The notes: generated from the sequence alone by a model not told the origin. Positions 1 through 10,578 are shown, numbered from the stretch's first letter. The stretch is 64,000 nt of DNA from an uncultured delta proteobacterium (GCA_963769935.1 CAVYNY010000016.1:328209-392208), one strand, 5' to 3'. Made by a program: numbers and translations.

Positions 1-50
1 CTTTGGTGAGCTTCAAAAAGAAGTGCAATTTAACCGAGTTTGAATGGAAA

Positions 51-2426
51 ATGGATTTGACGCGAATACCTACCTATGAAGAATTAGAGGAACGGGTTCG
101 GGAGCTTGAAAACGCGGAACGCGAACGCAAGGAGGTCGAAGAGGCTCTCCGTCAGGACGTGGACAAATTCCGGCGGTTGTTCGAACTGGAGTCGGACGCG
201 CTGGTCCTTATCGACAACGCGAACGGCCGCATCCTGGAAGCCAATCGATCGGCGACCGAGATCTATGGCTACAGCCGGAAACAACTGTTAAAACTGCGCA
301 ATGTCGATCTTTCAGCCGAACCGCAGCGCACCAGTCAGGCCACCCGGGACGAACTGCCGATAGTACCGGTGCGCTACCACCGAAAAAAAGACGGGACCGT
401 CTTTCCGGTGGAGATCACGGGGAGCCACTTCGAATGGCGGGGCCGCAAAGTGCACATCGCCGCCATCCGGGAAATCGGCTGGCGCCTGCATATTGAGGAG
501 GAGCTTCGGGCAAGCGAACAAAGATACCGGACCCTGTTCGAACGGAATCTAAACCCCATCGCCATCATCGATAGGACCGGCCGGTACATTGAGGCGAATC
601 CGGCGTTCCTTGAATTTACGGAAAAAACCAAGGAACAACTCCTGCAAATGACCTACTTCGATTTTGCGCCTCCGGGAAAAGAGGATATCCAGGAAAAGTT
701 AAGTCGCTCGTTTTGGGAAACCGGAGGGACCTTTGAAAAAGAATATTTTATCGACGGAAAGCTGAAAATCCAGGAACTCACCGTCTCGCCCATTTCCTAC
801 CGGGGGACCGATGCGGTGGTCGGTGTGGGAAAAGATATTACCGAACGCAAGCGGTCCGATGCCAACCGGAAAAAAATGGAAGAAGAACTGATAAAACGCA
901 ATCAATTCATTGAAACCATTTTGGATAATCTACCCATCGGATTGGCTGTCAACTATATCGATGAAGGAAAAGCAACCTACAGCAATAAAAAGTTCGAGGA
1001 AATATACGGGTGGTCGAAGGAGGAGCTTGATGATGTCGAAAATTTCTTTCAAAAAGTTTATCCGGATCCCGTGTATCGAGAGAAAATAAAAAGGCAGGTT
1101 TTCCAAGATATTCAATCCGGGGATCCGACAAGAATGATTTGGGAGGGCTTGGAGGCAACGGGAAAAGATGGACGCAAAAGGATTATTTTCGCCAAGAATA
1201 TTCCTCTCTTAGAACAGAACTTGATGATCTCTACGGTTCAGGACATTACTGAAAGGCAATACTTGCAGAACCGGCTCCAGCAGGCGCAAAAACTGGAGGC
1301 CCTCGGCACACTGGCCGGCGGTATTGCCCACGATTTCAATAATATTCTGTCGGCGATCATCGGATACACAGAACTTGCGCTGGATTCCCCTGAAAAGAGC
1401 ACAACTTTCCACGATAACCTGCAGCAGGTTTTCGCCGCCGGGATGCGGGCGAAAGAACTGGTAAAGCAAATATTGGCCTTTGCGAGACAGTCGGAAGAAG
1501 AGCTCAAGCCGATTCGGCTGGATAAAAGCGTACGTGAGGTGCTTAGATTCATTCGCTCATCGGTTCCCACAACGATCAAAATAGAGCGAAGCCTGGAGAC
1601 GGATTCCGTTGTCATGGGCAACGCCACTCAAGTCCATCAGATATTGATGAACCTATGCACCAATGCCGCGCAGGCCATGGAGGCAGAGGGCGGGGTACTG
1701 GAAGTCAGCTTAAAGAGTGCCAAAATTGACGGCAGCTACCAAACAGGAAAAACGATATTGAAGCCGGGAGAATATGTCGAAATCAAGGTGTCGGACACGG
1801 GCGTCGGTATTTCACCTGATATTATCGAGTCCATTTTTGACCCGTATTTTACCACCAAGGGGCCGGGCGAAGGAACCGGCATGGGCCTGGCGTTGGTTCA
1901 TGGAATTGTCGAAAGCTACGGCGGGAAAATTACGGTAGACAGCAAACCGGGAGCGGGAACCGTCTTTACGATCTACCTGCCGAAGGTAAAAAAGCAAAAG
2001 GAAATTATCTCTCACGAAGCGGAAATCCTGCCGGGCGGAACCGAACATATTTTGTATGTTGACGATGAGCTTCCTCTCGCCAGCATGGGCGGCCGCGCCC
2101 TTGAAGGTCTGGGTTATACGGTGACGACAAGAACCAGCAGCGAGGAGGCGCTGGAGCTTTTTCGGGCCAAACCGAACGAATTTGATCTGGTTATCACCGA
2201 CATGACCATGCCCCATATGACGGGCGATCAGCTGGCGGCTGAAATGATGAAAATACGGTTTGATATCCCGATTATTCTTTGTACCGGATACAGCAAAAAA
2301 ATATCGGGCAAAACAGTATCCGATATCGGTATCAGGGCTTTTGCATACAAACCCATCGTAAGGGCTGATTTGGCCAAAACGGTCCGCAAAGTGCTGGATG
2401 AGGCCAGTCAGAATTCAAAAGCTTGA
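51..2426 (+). CDS. Multi-PAS hybrid sensor histidine kinase with C-terminal receiver domain
   Basis: Three PAS-like repeats, H-box [12 protein letters not shown]-box [15 protein letters not shown], receiver LYVDDE...DMTMP. Confidence 0.95.
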   Translation: MDLTRIPTYEELEERVRELENAERERKEVEEALRQDVDKFRRLFELESDALVLIDNANGRILEANRSATEIYGYSRKQLLKLRNVDLSAEPQRTSQATRDELPIVPVRYHRKKDGTVFPVEITGSHFEWRGRKVHIAAIREIGWRLHIEEELRASEQRYRTLFERNLNPIAIIDRTGRYIEANPAFLEFTEKTKEQLLQMTYFDFAPPGKEDIQEKLSRSFWETGGTFEKEYFIDGKLKIQELTVSPISYRGTDAVVGVGKDITERKRSDANRKKMEEELIKRNQFIETILDNLPIGLAVNYIDEGKATYSNKKFEEIYGWSKEELDDVENFFQKVYPDPVYREKIKRQVFQDIQSGDPTRMIWEGLEATGKDGRKRIIFAKNIPLLEQNLMISTVQDITERQYLQNRLQQAQKLEALGTLAGGIAHDFNNILSAIIGYTELALDSPEKSTTFHDNLQQVFAAGMRAKELVKQILAFARQSEEELKPIRLDKSVREVLRFIRSSVPTTIKIERSLETDSVVMGNATQVHQILMNLCTNAAQAMEAEGGVLEVSLKSAKIDGSYQTGKTILKPGEYVEIKVSDTGVGISPDIIESIFDPYFTTKGPGEGTGMGLALVHGIVESYGGKITVDSKPGAGTVFTIYLPKVKKQKEIISHEAEILPGGTEHILYVDDELPLASMGGRALEGLGYTVTTRTSSEEALELFRAKPNEFDLVITDMTMPHMTGDQLAAEMMKIRFDIPIILCTGYSKKISGKTVSDIGIRAFAYKPIVRADLAKTVRKVLDEASQNSKA

Positions 2427-5233
2427 AAAAGATTAGAATTCTAACAGGCAAATGGGTGCCGGTGATCGGGCTATCCGTAACGATAATCTCGTATGGCTTT
2501 ATCACCTATTTGGCCGTCCTGCTGGGCAGCCTCCAATTCGAGACAACGCCTCTGCCTCACAAGCCCCCGGTTGAAGATGTCTTCTTTCTCGTCTATGCCA
2601 ACTATCTGGAATATACGTTGCAGCGAGGCATTCTCTGGTTGGGAATCGCCGCATCATATCTTTTCCTGCCGGGCTTGGTCTCCGCCCTTCTCTCACTGCC
2701 GGTTTCTTTGGCGTGGAGACTCCCACTGAGGGTTCTCGTCCTTCGCCGCTTCGGAGCGCGGAAGAGGAGCAGGAGCCTTCGAAAAGCGCTTCGACAGCGC
2801 GTGGCCCCCATGGGTCACGTGTACACCCTGGCAGACCGGGACTTCAAGACGCCGTGGTACATTCGGTTTCCGCTTATCTTCGCGCAGCTCGTTTTCCTTC
2901 ACTTTCGAGAGCGTCGGATCAGGTCGCCGAGAGGCATCCGCCGTGTCTCCTCAAGCCTCGACGTTCTCTGGGCTCGGAATATAAACTGGGTGGTATCCTT
3001 TTCCAAGGCGTTCTCTTTGCGTTCTTCGGACACGGTCTGGAGAGATCTGGTCCAATCTCTCACGGCCAAGGTCGAGGCAGTACTTATCGATGTGCATGAG
3101 GGTTCCCCCAACCTCGAGTGGGAGATTAGAAAGTGTGTAGAGGAAAACTATCTGCACAAGACCATGTTCATGACCCCGGGCGATCGGCGCGAAGAGGCGG
3201 TTTGCCTGCTCGCCAAGCTTGGGCTCGGACACCTAACCGGCGATAAGCTCGTCGTCTACGACACAGTCGGGTTGGAAGAAGACGCGCGACTTCGCACCTT
3301 CCTTGAGTCGCGCCAGGCCTTGGAACCTCGGCCGGGTCGTGCTCGGCTGACGAGCCACTTTAAGGCCGCCTCGGTCATGATCGGACCGATCCTATGGGTA
3401 CTGATATTGTTTGTCGCCCTGCACGCTTTCCTGGGGGAAGACAGACACCCAGAAGCGAACCGTTTCGGGCCTCTCGTTGGGCGTCTCCGGCAAAAGCCGA
3501 CCCGGGACGCAGCGTTCGGCGATTTGCATCGCGCCGTGTCCATATCAGGGACAACACACAGCGCTCCATGGATTGATGATTTCGATAAGGCCGTCACACC
3601 GGAGCTGAAAGAGCTGTGGGAAGACGAACCGGGCCGCCGGCGGGAAATCTTGGCCGTACTTAAAGATGCCGGCACCCCTGGTGGAGCTGAGATCTGGAAG
3701 CGGGCTCTCTCGGACGCCGGGCAAGTGGGCGGACTGACCTTCGATGAGGTCATCGGGGGTATCGCCGCTGCGCGTTCGACAAAAAACCTTCCGGATCTTC
3801 TCAAACTATTCAGGCAGGGTGAGCCTGATACGCGGCTCAAGGTCCTCCGGGCGCTGGGTGAGCTTGGGGATAACTCGGTCGTCCCCATCCTCCTGGCCGA
3901 TATTATTCTACAGCCCGAGGGAGCGCAACCGCTTAAACTGATGCAAGAGGCGACCTCGGCGCTTCAGAAGATCCTCCGTCCCAAACCACCGTTACGGGCG
4001 ATCGGGCCTAACAGCAAACCGGCCGCGCTCATTGCCGTGCTCAGTTGCCCGGGATCCGATCAGGCTTCACTCCTGTACAGACTGATGCCCTTCATTGCCA
4101 ATAGCCATTGGAAGCAACACAACACAAATTTTCGCGGCACCGAGCCGAAGATTATACTGTACGGGAAGATTGAGACCCGAGATCTCCTTGTATCGTACCC
4201 GACGACAGCAGGGTACCGAGTCTTTCAAGAGTTTCCCGATCTGAGATATCGGTGGAGCGGCCTGATGGAGTACGGAGAGCGGCTTGATGCCGTCTTATTG
4301 GAGGTGAGCGCCACTCGCGGTATCGACGCCTTAGTGAAGCAACACGTCGCCGTGGCCCATATGCTGGGCATTCCAAGAGTGGCCGTGCTTATCAACACCG
4401 GGAATGCCCCGTTAGAAACGGGTCGCCTCGCCTCGTTGGAAAGGGAACTGCACGAACTGCTGGGCGGGACCGGATTCGTTGATTCAAACGTGGTCATCGT
4501 GGCTGGTCCTGTGCCCAATGTGGACGAAATTTTCAACGACAATGCCGCTCGTACCGGTGTCAAAAAGCTCTTTGCGGCCATCGACGCTTGGCCGACGCGC
4601 CCGGCGCTGGCGGAGCGACCGACGCGTTTCCCGATCGGCGGCGTCTTTCAGATTCCTGACAAAGGTACGCTGGTAACCGGATTTCTTGAGCAGGGTGTCC
4701 TATCGCCGGGAGACGTTCTGGAGGTCGCCGGCGACACCGCCGGCGCGCAGGTGGTGGCGGGTGAGCGCCTCGACTTTCCGGGGTCTGATGATGTTGTGGG
4801 ACTCTGGATTCGAGACGGAAGAACCGAGCGGTTGCGGGCAGGTCAGGTCCTGGCGCAGCCCGGCACGCTTACGGCCCACGACAAATTCGCAGCCTGGGCG
4901 TATGTGCTGTCGGAGGAAGAAGGCGGCCCGCGCAACCTTGTTGTCGGCACGATCGGCGGCGTGCAGGAGGAAAAGGCCGCCTTTTCTCCGGGCGCGGTAT
5001 TCGCGTTCCAGTTCTGCAATGCGTTTGTCAGCCCCAAGCACCTGCGTTGGGGCTCGCAAGTGGACACACCGCCCGAAGAGTTGCGGCTGGCAGATTTCAA
5101 ACCGGCCCGGGGCTGGGTCACTCTTGAGGTAAGTTTGGAATATCCGGTTCCGATTCAACGCGGTCAGCGCTTCCGGCTCTTCTCCGACGGCGAGCTCGTG
5201 GCAGCCGGAGCAGTGACGGAGGTCATAGAGTAA
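2423..5233 (+). CDS. Membrane protein: TM helices + TIR/NDT-like domain + HEAT repeats + degenerate EF-Tu (G, II and III domains, GTPase motifs lost)
   Basis: C-terminal ~405 aa colinear with EF-Tu by eye (FPIGGVFQIPDKGTLVTG, GQVLAQPGTL, YVLSEEEGGPR, GQRFRLFSDGELVAAGAV); HEAT-like RLKVLRALGELGDNSVVPIL. Confidence 0.8.
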   Translation: MKKIRILTGKWVPVIGLSVTIISYGFITYLAVLLGSLQFETTPLPHKPPVEDVFFLVYANYLEYTLQRGILWLGIAASYLFLPGLVSALLSLPVSLAWRLPLRVLVLRRFGARKRSRSLRKALRQRVAPMGHVYTLADRDFKTPWYIRFPLIFAQLVFLHFRERRIRSPRGIRRVSSSLDVLWARNINWVVSFSKAFSLRSSDTVWRDLVQSLTAKVEAVLIDVHEGSPNLEWEIRKCVEENYLHKTMFMTPGDRREEAVCLLAKLGLGHLTGDKLVVYDTVGLEEDARLRTFLESRQALEPRPGRARLTSHFKAASVMIGPILWVLILFVALHAFLGEDRHPEANRFGPLVGRLRQKPTRDAAFGDLHRAVSISGTTHSAPWIDDFDKAVTPELKELWEDEPGRRREILAVLKDAGTPGGAEIWKRALSDAGQVGGLTFDEVIGGIAAARSTKNLPDLLKLFRQGEPDTRLKVLRALGELGDNSVVPILLADIILQPEGAQPLKLMQEATSALQKILRPKPPLRAIGPNSKPAALIAVLSCPGSDQASLLYRLMPFIANSHWKQHNTNFRGTEPKIILYGKIETRDLLVSYPTTAGYRVFQEFPDLRYRWSGLMEYGERLDAVLLEVSATRGIDALVKQHVAVAHMLGIPRVAVLINTGNAPLETGRLASLERELHELLGGTGFVDSNVVIVAGPVPNVDEIFNDNAARTGVKKLFAAIDAWPTRPALAERPTRFPIGGVFQIPDKGTLVTGFLEQGVLSPGDVLEVAGDTAGAQVVAGERLDFPGSDDVVGLWIRDGRTERLRAGQVLAQPGTLTAHDKFAAWAYVLSEEEGGPRNLVVGTIGGVQEEKAAFSPGAVFAFQFCNAFVSPKHLRWGSQVDTPPEELRLADFKPARGWVTLEVSLEYPVPIQRGQRFRLFSDGELVAAGAVTEVIE

Positions 5234-5615
5234 CCCGCCTTTAGGCACCCCTCTTACAGCGTAACAAGGACCCCTCTAAAAATTGATTCACCAGGAATTG
5301 ATGCGTGGCCCGACCCCCAATCCGAATCCGGTCAAATTTCGGATTGCCTTGACTTGACATATTCCAATGGCCATATTTCCTGATTATCTGTTGATATTCT
5401 CCATCCGGCCATATCCCTTCACACGTCTCTTGGAAAGGCCCGAGTTGATAGAAAGAATCTATCGAAGCCTATTTTAAAGATCTGAAACCAGATTTTGAAG
5501 ATGACGATACTATCATCAAAATTGAATTTACTATTGAATGATGGTTCTGTCATATGATGTTCTTGCGGGGCTGAATATGCTGTGTTAACTGCTGCGGGCA
5601 TTCTTATTATAACTC

Positions 5616-7139
5616 TCACGCCGCGGGTACGGCCTTGCGGGCAATGAGCGGTACCAGGACGGCACCGAGCGCGCAGGTGACGAGCAGGTACGTCATGGCG
5701 CCGCTGTAGCCGACCATAAAGGAGTGCTTGAAGATCGGCAGGATCTCGGCCTCGAGGCCGGCGGTGAGCTTGCCCAGCACCTGCAGGACTTGGCTCGGGT
5801 CCGAGAGCAGGCTCCTGACCAGGTCCTGATCTTGGCCGCTGAGCACGATGTGATGTTGTGCGAGCGCGGCCGTCAGACTGCGCCGGTCGAGCTCCTCGAA
5901 TATCAAGCCGCCGATGGCCAGCCCGACGCTGGAGCCGAAATTCCAGATCGAATAGAGCACGCCGATGATCAGGCTCGCCGAGGCCGGAGGGAAGGCCGAG
6001 GTAGCGGCCAGCGCCGAGGTCGCCTGTTGCAGTCCCCAGCCGAACCCGAAGAGCCCTAGGCCGACCAGGACCAGCCACACCGGGCTCGCCGGCTCGAAGA
6101 AGATCTGCACCAGCGCGGCAATGGCCAGGAAAATCTGTCCGGCGACCAGGAACGGCATCGGCCCGTTACGATCGACAAGTTTACCGATCACCGGCGGGAC
6201 GATGACCACCAGCGATGAGATCGGCAGCAGCATCAAACCGGCGACATAGGGAATTTCATTGCGGACGGTCTGTAGGTAGAGCGGCGCCATGAAACTGCCG
6301 AGGGCGATGAAGCCGCCGAGCGTTAGGGCCATCACGCTGCAGGCTAAAAGTTGCGGACGTCGCAGCAGCTTGAAGTCGATGATCGGCGACGATACGCGCC
6401 TCTCGATCCCGATGAAAACGCTGAGTAAGACCAGGGCGGTGGCGCCGGTCGCAAGGGTGGCCGGCGCATCCCAGCCCCAGTTGTTGCCTTTTATGATCGC
6501 CGTTACCAGCGCCGCCATTCCGGGGGTCAGAAAAGCGAGACCCAGCCAGTCGACCCTTTCGTGCATCAGGCGCGGCGTCTCCTCGACCGACCGCCAGGCG
6601 ATGGCAAAGCCGAGGATGACCACCGGCACGTTGACATAGAAAGCCCACCGCCAGGAGAGCGCCGAGAGGCACAGGCCGCCCAGCACCGGCCCTACCGCCA
6701 TGCCGAAGCCGGTGACGCTCATGAACACCGCCATCGCTCTCCCCTGCTCGGCTTCGGGAAAGTGATGGCTCACCAAGCCGACCGCGCAAGTCAGCACGAT
6801 CGCCCCGGCAATGCCCTGAGCGAACCGGCAGGCGATGAGGAACTCCGGATCTTCAGCCGTCCCGGCCAGAAACGACGCCAGCGCAAAGACAATCACACCG
6901 GTGTAGAGGACGCGTCTACGGCCGTAGATGTCGCCGAGCCGCCCCATCGTGACCATGAACACCGTCAGCATCAGGAAGAAGGCGTTCATCACCCATTGCA
7001 ACTCGTCGACACTGGCGTGAAGCTCCCGTTGAATGCCGGGAAGGATGGTGTTGACGATGGTGAAGTCTATGAAGACGACAAAGCTGAGGATGCTGATCCC
7101 GATCAGGGCCAGCCAACGCTTTTGAGATTCACCAGCCAT
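5616..7139 (-). CDS. MFS transporter, DHA2 (EmrB/QacA-like) family
   Basis: DFTIVNTILP motif, GRLGDIYGRRR motif A, about 14 hydrophobic segments. Confidence 0.9.
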   Translation of the reverse strand: MAGESQKRWLALIGISILSFVVFIDFTIVNTILPGIQRELHASVDELQWVMNAFFLMLTVFMVTMGRLGDIYGRRRVLYTGVIVFALASFLAGTAEDPEFLIACRFAQGIAGAIVLTCAVGLVSHHFPEAEQGRAMAVFMSVTGFGMAVGPVLGGLCLSALSWRWAFYVNVPVVILGFAIAWRSVEETPRLMHERVDWLGLAFLTPGMAALVTAIIKGNNWGWDAPATLATGATALVLLSVFIGIERRVSSPIIDFKLLRRPQLLACSVMALTLGGFIALGSFMAPLYLQTVRNEIPYVAGLMLLPISSLVVIVPPVIGKLVDRNGPMPFLVAGQIFLAIAALVQIFFEPASPVWLVLVGLGLFGFGWGLQQATSALAATSAFPPASASLIIGVLYSIWNFGSSVGLAIGGLIFEELDRRSLTAALAQHHIVLSGQDQDLVRSLLSDPSQVLQVLGKLTAGLEAEILPIFKHSFMVGYSGAMTYLLVTCALGAVLVPLIARKAVPAA

Positions 7140-7362
7140 TCTTTCCCCCTTTACGAACAGATGCCGTTGTGGTCTCGGGCACCTTTTCCGGAAGACGACC
7201 ATCGGTCGGTGTGTCCCACCCCCGGCCGCTGACGCAGGGTTCGTCGGAAGTAAAAATATAAGAAATCGCTGCTGTCCCGTTAAAATTCATATCATAATCA
7301 CTAATCGCGGTTTGACACCCATTTCCCCGGTAATGCGATATTCGAGTCCGGTCACTTTTCTA

Positions 7363-7587
7363 CTAACGAGGCAGGTATGCAGAATCAACTACAGAAAAGT
7401 CGGATTCGCGAATGATGAGTCGGACGTTACGACCTTTTGCATACATGTTTGTTCGCACAGACCAGACCTTTTCTCCGGAAGGCAGCGACCGCAATTGTAC
7501 TTCGACAGGTTCGATCCAAGGCCATGACTGATCAGACACAAATGATTTGGCAACTTTGATAATCTGTTCTTTTATGATTTCCATCAC
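7363..7587 (-). CDS. Small protein, candidate immunity protein
   Basis: 74-aa ORF immediately downstream of an HExxH toxin-like gene. Confidence 0.45.
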   Translation of the reverse strand: MMEIIKEQIIKVAKSFVSDQSWPWIEPVEVQLRSLPSGEKVWSVRTNMYAKGRNVRLIIRESDFSVVDSAYLPR

Positions 7588-7596
7588 ATTCTCTCG

Positions 7597-8590
7597 CTAT
7601 TCTGGAGGTGCGCACACCGGCGGCGGAGAGGCAACGACGACTTGCACTGAAAACCTTTGTGTCCCCACTAGGATTGTCCCAATCTCAGAACCCTCGAAGA
7701 CAAGCTGCTGGAGGGTGACATAGCCGTTCGCAATCGGGAATCGTACTCCTCGCAGGAGACCAATGACACCATAAGCCGCAAGCTGACCGACACTTTCAGC
7801 CAAAGCCTCCTCAAGGTATTGCAGGATTGCCGAGCGCATATAAGAAGACATCGCGAGGCGGGCACGAAAAGTTCGCAAGACTCCCAGCCACGGGGATAGA
7901 AATCAATGAACCGGTTCATGCACCCTCGCCAGCTGTTGTGTAGTTGCGGAACCAGCTGTCGAATAGGTCACATCCCCAAATGCGGTCGTCATCCCCTCAC
8001 CTGCCGGCAGCGAGGCATCTCCCGTCACGGATGGGCGTCGCCATAAACGTCCGGCCTGTACATCCGGCCCCACCTGGGCTAAACCAGGATTTCGAGGTCG
8101 TATAGCGACAGCTACGATTGTCCCGCGTGTGGCCTGAATATTACGCGCGCTTCTATGCAGGAAAAGAGCCATTACAGCAGTCAATCCTCCAGTTACGACC
8201 GCTCTTGCGAATGCTTGAGCGGCAATATCAATATCCTCATCCGTACGCGCATTAATGGATTTGGTTGCGAAAATTAGTAGGTCTTTTGCAACATCCGTGA
8301 TAGACCATCCTACAAAAAACGCCCCCACTAAAAGAAGTCCAACATCGACTATTTCACCAACACCAAAGAAATGTGAACCGGCCCAAATACCGAGCGTGCC
8401 GACTAATATGACCAGTGCTTGCGGTGTAAGGAGTGGACCAATCTGATGTGCCAGGTTGGCGGGCATATACGCTTTTGAACGTAGTGATCGCCTCCTTAAC
8501 GCGATCTGTACCGGAACAAGAGGTAGTAAAACGCGGCACGATAATCTCCTGAATTTCCGCCGCCGCCGGTGAGCAGTGGCCCAAGCTCAT
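7597..8590 (-). pseudogene. Toxin-like protein with hydrophobic N-terminal region and HExxH metallopeptidase motif, interrupted
   Basis: ORFs 7903-8466 and 7597-7878 are in frame across one TGA: HEPVH*FLSPW...YLEEALAE; a probable frameshift lies near 8470. Confidence 0.55.
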
Positions 8591-8618
8591 ACCAAACTTG
8601 CACGGCCTTTACGTAAAA

Positions 8619-8690
8619 CTGCAATCTTCTCGATGCAGTGCCGGGGCGAAGCTCACGAAGGCGAAGTCTGGCCTGCTCGAATGGTTATAC
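8619..8690. repeat. Degenerate attC-like hairpin
   Basis: TCGATGCAGTGCC/GGCCTGCTCGA imperfect inverted repeat ending in GTTATAC; orientation ambiguous. Confidence 0.35.
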
Positions 8691-8770
8691 GCTATGGCTA
8701 AATTAGATTATAGACATAAAATCCAAGGAGTAAAGCACCTCTAGTGCCCGCAAACGGAATTGTATGCGTC

Positions 8771-9610
8771 TTAAAGCCAAGGGATAACTTGTCGGTGCTG
8801 GATAAGCTCTCCATATGGAGCCCCAACCCGAGGCGGCAGCGTGGCGAGCCGGACCACGTCCACCGCTGCCTGAGCGGGACTCTGGGCCGAAGACATATCA
8901 TTAAACCACGGTCGGGATGCATCCGTGTCCACCATCCCCGGGCAGGCCGAATTGATGAGAATTCCTCTTTTTGATGCCTCATCCTTCATCAGACGTGCCA
9001 AAATCTTGGTCGAGGCGACTTGCGCGATCTTAGATGGGATGTTGATCCATTCCGGCCACCCAAGGACCGTTGCCTGACCTGTTTCTACGAGATGGACATA
9101 TTCGTCCATCAGCCTCTCGATGTCTTCCAGCGATTGGGTTGCAATATCGAACTTCCGATGGAGGTCGGTCGGCAGATTGCGCAGCGTTCCAAACGCACTT
9201 GCCACAACGATGAAACGCGCATTGTCCTTTAGCATCGGCCCGAACTCGCGGATCATCCGGAAGGTGCCGTGATTGTTCGTGTTGACGAAAAGCGCAACCT
9301 GTTCGGCCTGGGAAATGTCGGGGGAGATCCGGGCGGCTGCATTGGAGATCACGATGTCCACTCCCCCATGCCGTGTTCGAATCGTTTCGGCGAAAGCGGC
9401 AACACTTGCGTCGTCGGTAACGTCGAGCAGGTGAAAGATCGGCGAGAGACCTCGATCACCCAGCTGACGGATCGCATGCTCCCCTCGGGCGGCATTGCGC
9501 GCGGTAAGATAAACGGAGGCTTCCGGTCCAAGGTCCCGGCAGAGAGCTTCCACGAGGGCGAAGCCCAGTCCCTGGTTCGATCCGGATACGAGAGCGACTT
9601 TGTTCATCAT
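8771..9610 (-). CDS. SDR family oxidoreductase (carbonyl reductase-like)
   Basis: VALVSGSNQGLG, ISNAA, CPGMVDTD; the YxxxK Tyr appears replaced (NIPSK). Confidence 0.85.
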   Translation of the reverse strand: MMNKVALVSGSNQGLGFALVEALCRDLGPEASVYLTARNAARGEHAIRQLGDRGLSPIFHLLDVTDDASVAAFAETIRTRHGGVDIVISNAAARISPDISQAEQVALFVNTNNHGTFRMIREFGPMLKDNARFIVVASAFGTLRNLPTDLHRKFDIATQSLEDIERLMDEYVHLVETGQATVLGWPEWINIPSKIAQVASTKILARLMKDEASKRGILINSACPGMVDTDASRPWFNDMSSAQSPAQAAVDVVRLATLPPRVGAPYGELIQHRQVIPWL

Positions 9611-9647
9611 GAGCCTCAGAGAAAAAGGGTCTTTTTGCCCCCGAAAA

Positions 9648-9720
9648 ACTCAACATAGGCCTATTTCAGAGGGCAGAATTGGCAATTATCCGCTCCATAT
9701 CAATCAGCTGGCGTGGCCCC
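9648..9720. repeat. Dispersed ~70-bp repeat, copy 1
   Basis: 41/46 nt identical to the copy starting at 17658. Confidence 0.8.
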
Positions 9721-9768
9721 AGACTCTGATCGAGCACACGTGGGCCCCGTGTTGGACCGCGATGCTGT

Positions 9769-10485
9769 CTATCGCAGGAACGATACCCGGCCCGTGGCGA
9801 CATCATGCATCGCGCCGACCAACTTCAGCCGGTTTCCGACAACGAGATCTTTTAAGACCGCACTTCGCTCGGTTAGCGCTTGCACGGTCAAGCGCACGTT
9901 CTCGTCCGCTACCTTCTGAACAAACGCTTTGTTCCCGGAAGTCCGATCGTCGCGGATGTCCTTCACCGCATAGACGGCCGGAGCGATGTTGCTGAGGGTC
10001 TGCGTCAGGTTCCCGAGTCGAACGTTGTCACACGCCCCCTTGATCGCGCCGCACTCTGTGTGGCCCAGCACAACGACGAGCTTTGCTCCGGCAAGCTTGG
10101 TGGCAAACTCGATACTGCCGATGATATCGGTGTTGGCGAAGTTGCCGGCTATCCGAGGACTGAAGATGTCGCCAATCCCCTGATCAAAAACAAGTTCAGG
10201 GGGAACACGCGAGTCGATGCAGCCCAGTACCACGGCGAACGGGTATTGCCCCGCAGCCGTCTCCCGGACTTGTGCCATCAGGTTACGCTGCAGCATCTTT
10301 CCGCTTATGAATCGCTCGTTGCCTTCCTTGAGCGCGCTGAGCGCGTGCTCCGGCGTCATGTTGCGCTGCGACTCTTTTGACATCGCTGGAATCTCAGCCG
10401 CTAACGTGCGGCCTGACACGGTAAGCAAGGCTCCAGCCGCGGCTGCGACGGGCATCAATTTGAGTAGTTGGCGTCTGTTCATCAT
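9769..10485 (-). CDS. Beta-class carbonic anhydrase with Tat signal peptide
   Basis: NRRQLLK twin-arginine motif; CIDSRV and HTECGA zinc ligands. Confidence 0.92.
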   Translation of the reverse strand: MMNRRQLLKLMPVAAAAGALLTVSGRTLAAEIPAMSKESQRNMTPEHALSALKEGNERFISGKMLQRNLMAQVRETAAGQYPFAVVLGCIDSRVPPELVFDQGIGDIFSPRIAGNFANTDIIGSIEFATKLAGAKLVVVLGHTECGAIKGACDNVRLGNLTQTLSNIAPAVYAVKDIRDDRTSGNKAFVQKVADENVRLTVQALTERSAVLKDLVVGNRLKLVGAMHDVATGRVSFLR

Positions 10486-10518
10486 TTTGTCTTTCTTTCC
10501 TGCAAAACCGTTGCGGTG

Positions 10519-10578
10519 GTTTAGCGCTCAGCGTGAGCGGGGCGGCTTTTTGCGTCCGACTCCACGCTTTTGTGCAGC
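10519..10578 (-). repeat. Degenerate attC site
   Basis: GCGTGAGCGG/CCG(A)CTC(C)ACGC arms with two unpaired bases; core sites mutated. Confidence 0.55.

Noticed and set aside
4013..5233. Calling this a functional tuf or selB gene
   Set aside because: All GTP-binding motifs are lost, it is fused to TM and HEAT domains, and it has no SelB C-terminal extension or ribosomal operon context.
7903..7905. Selenocysteine recoding of the in-frame TGA
   Set aside because: The position follows HExxH rather than a redox Cys site and no convincing SECIS was seen; a nonsense change or error is simpler.
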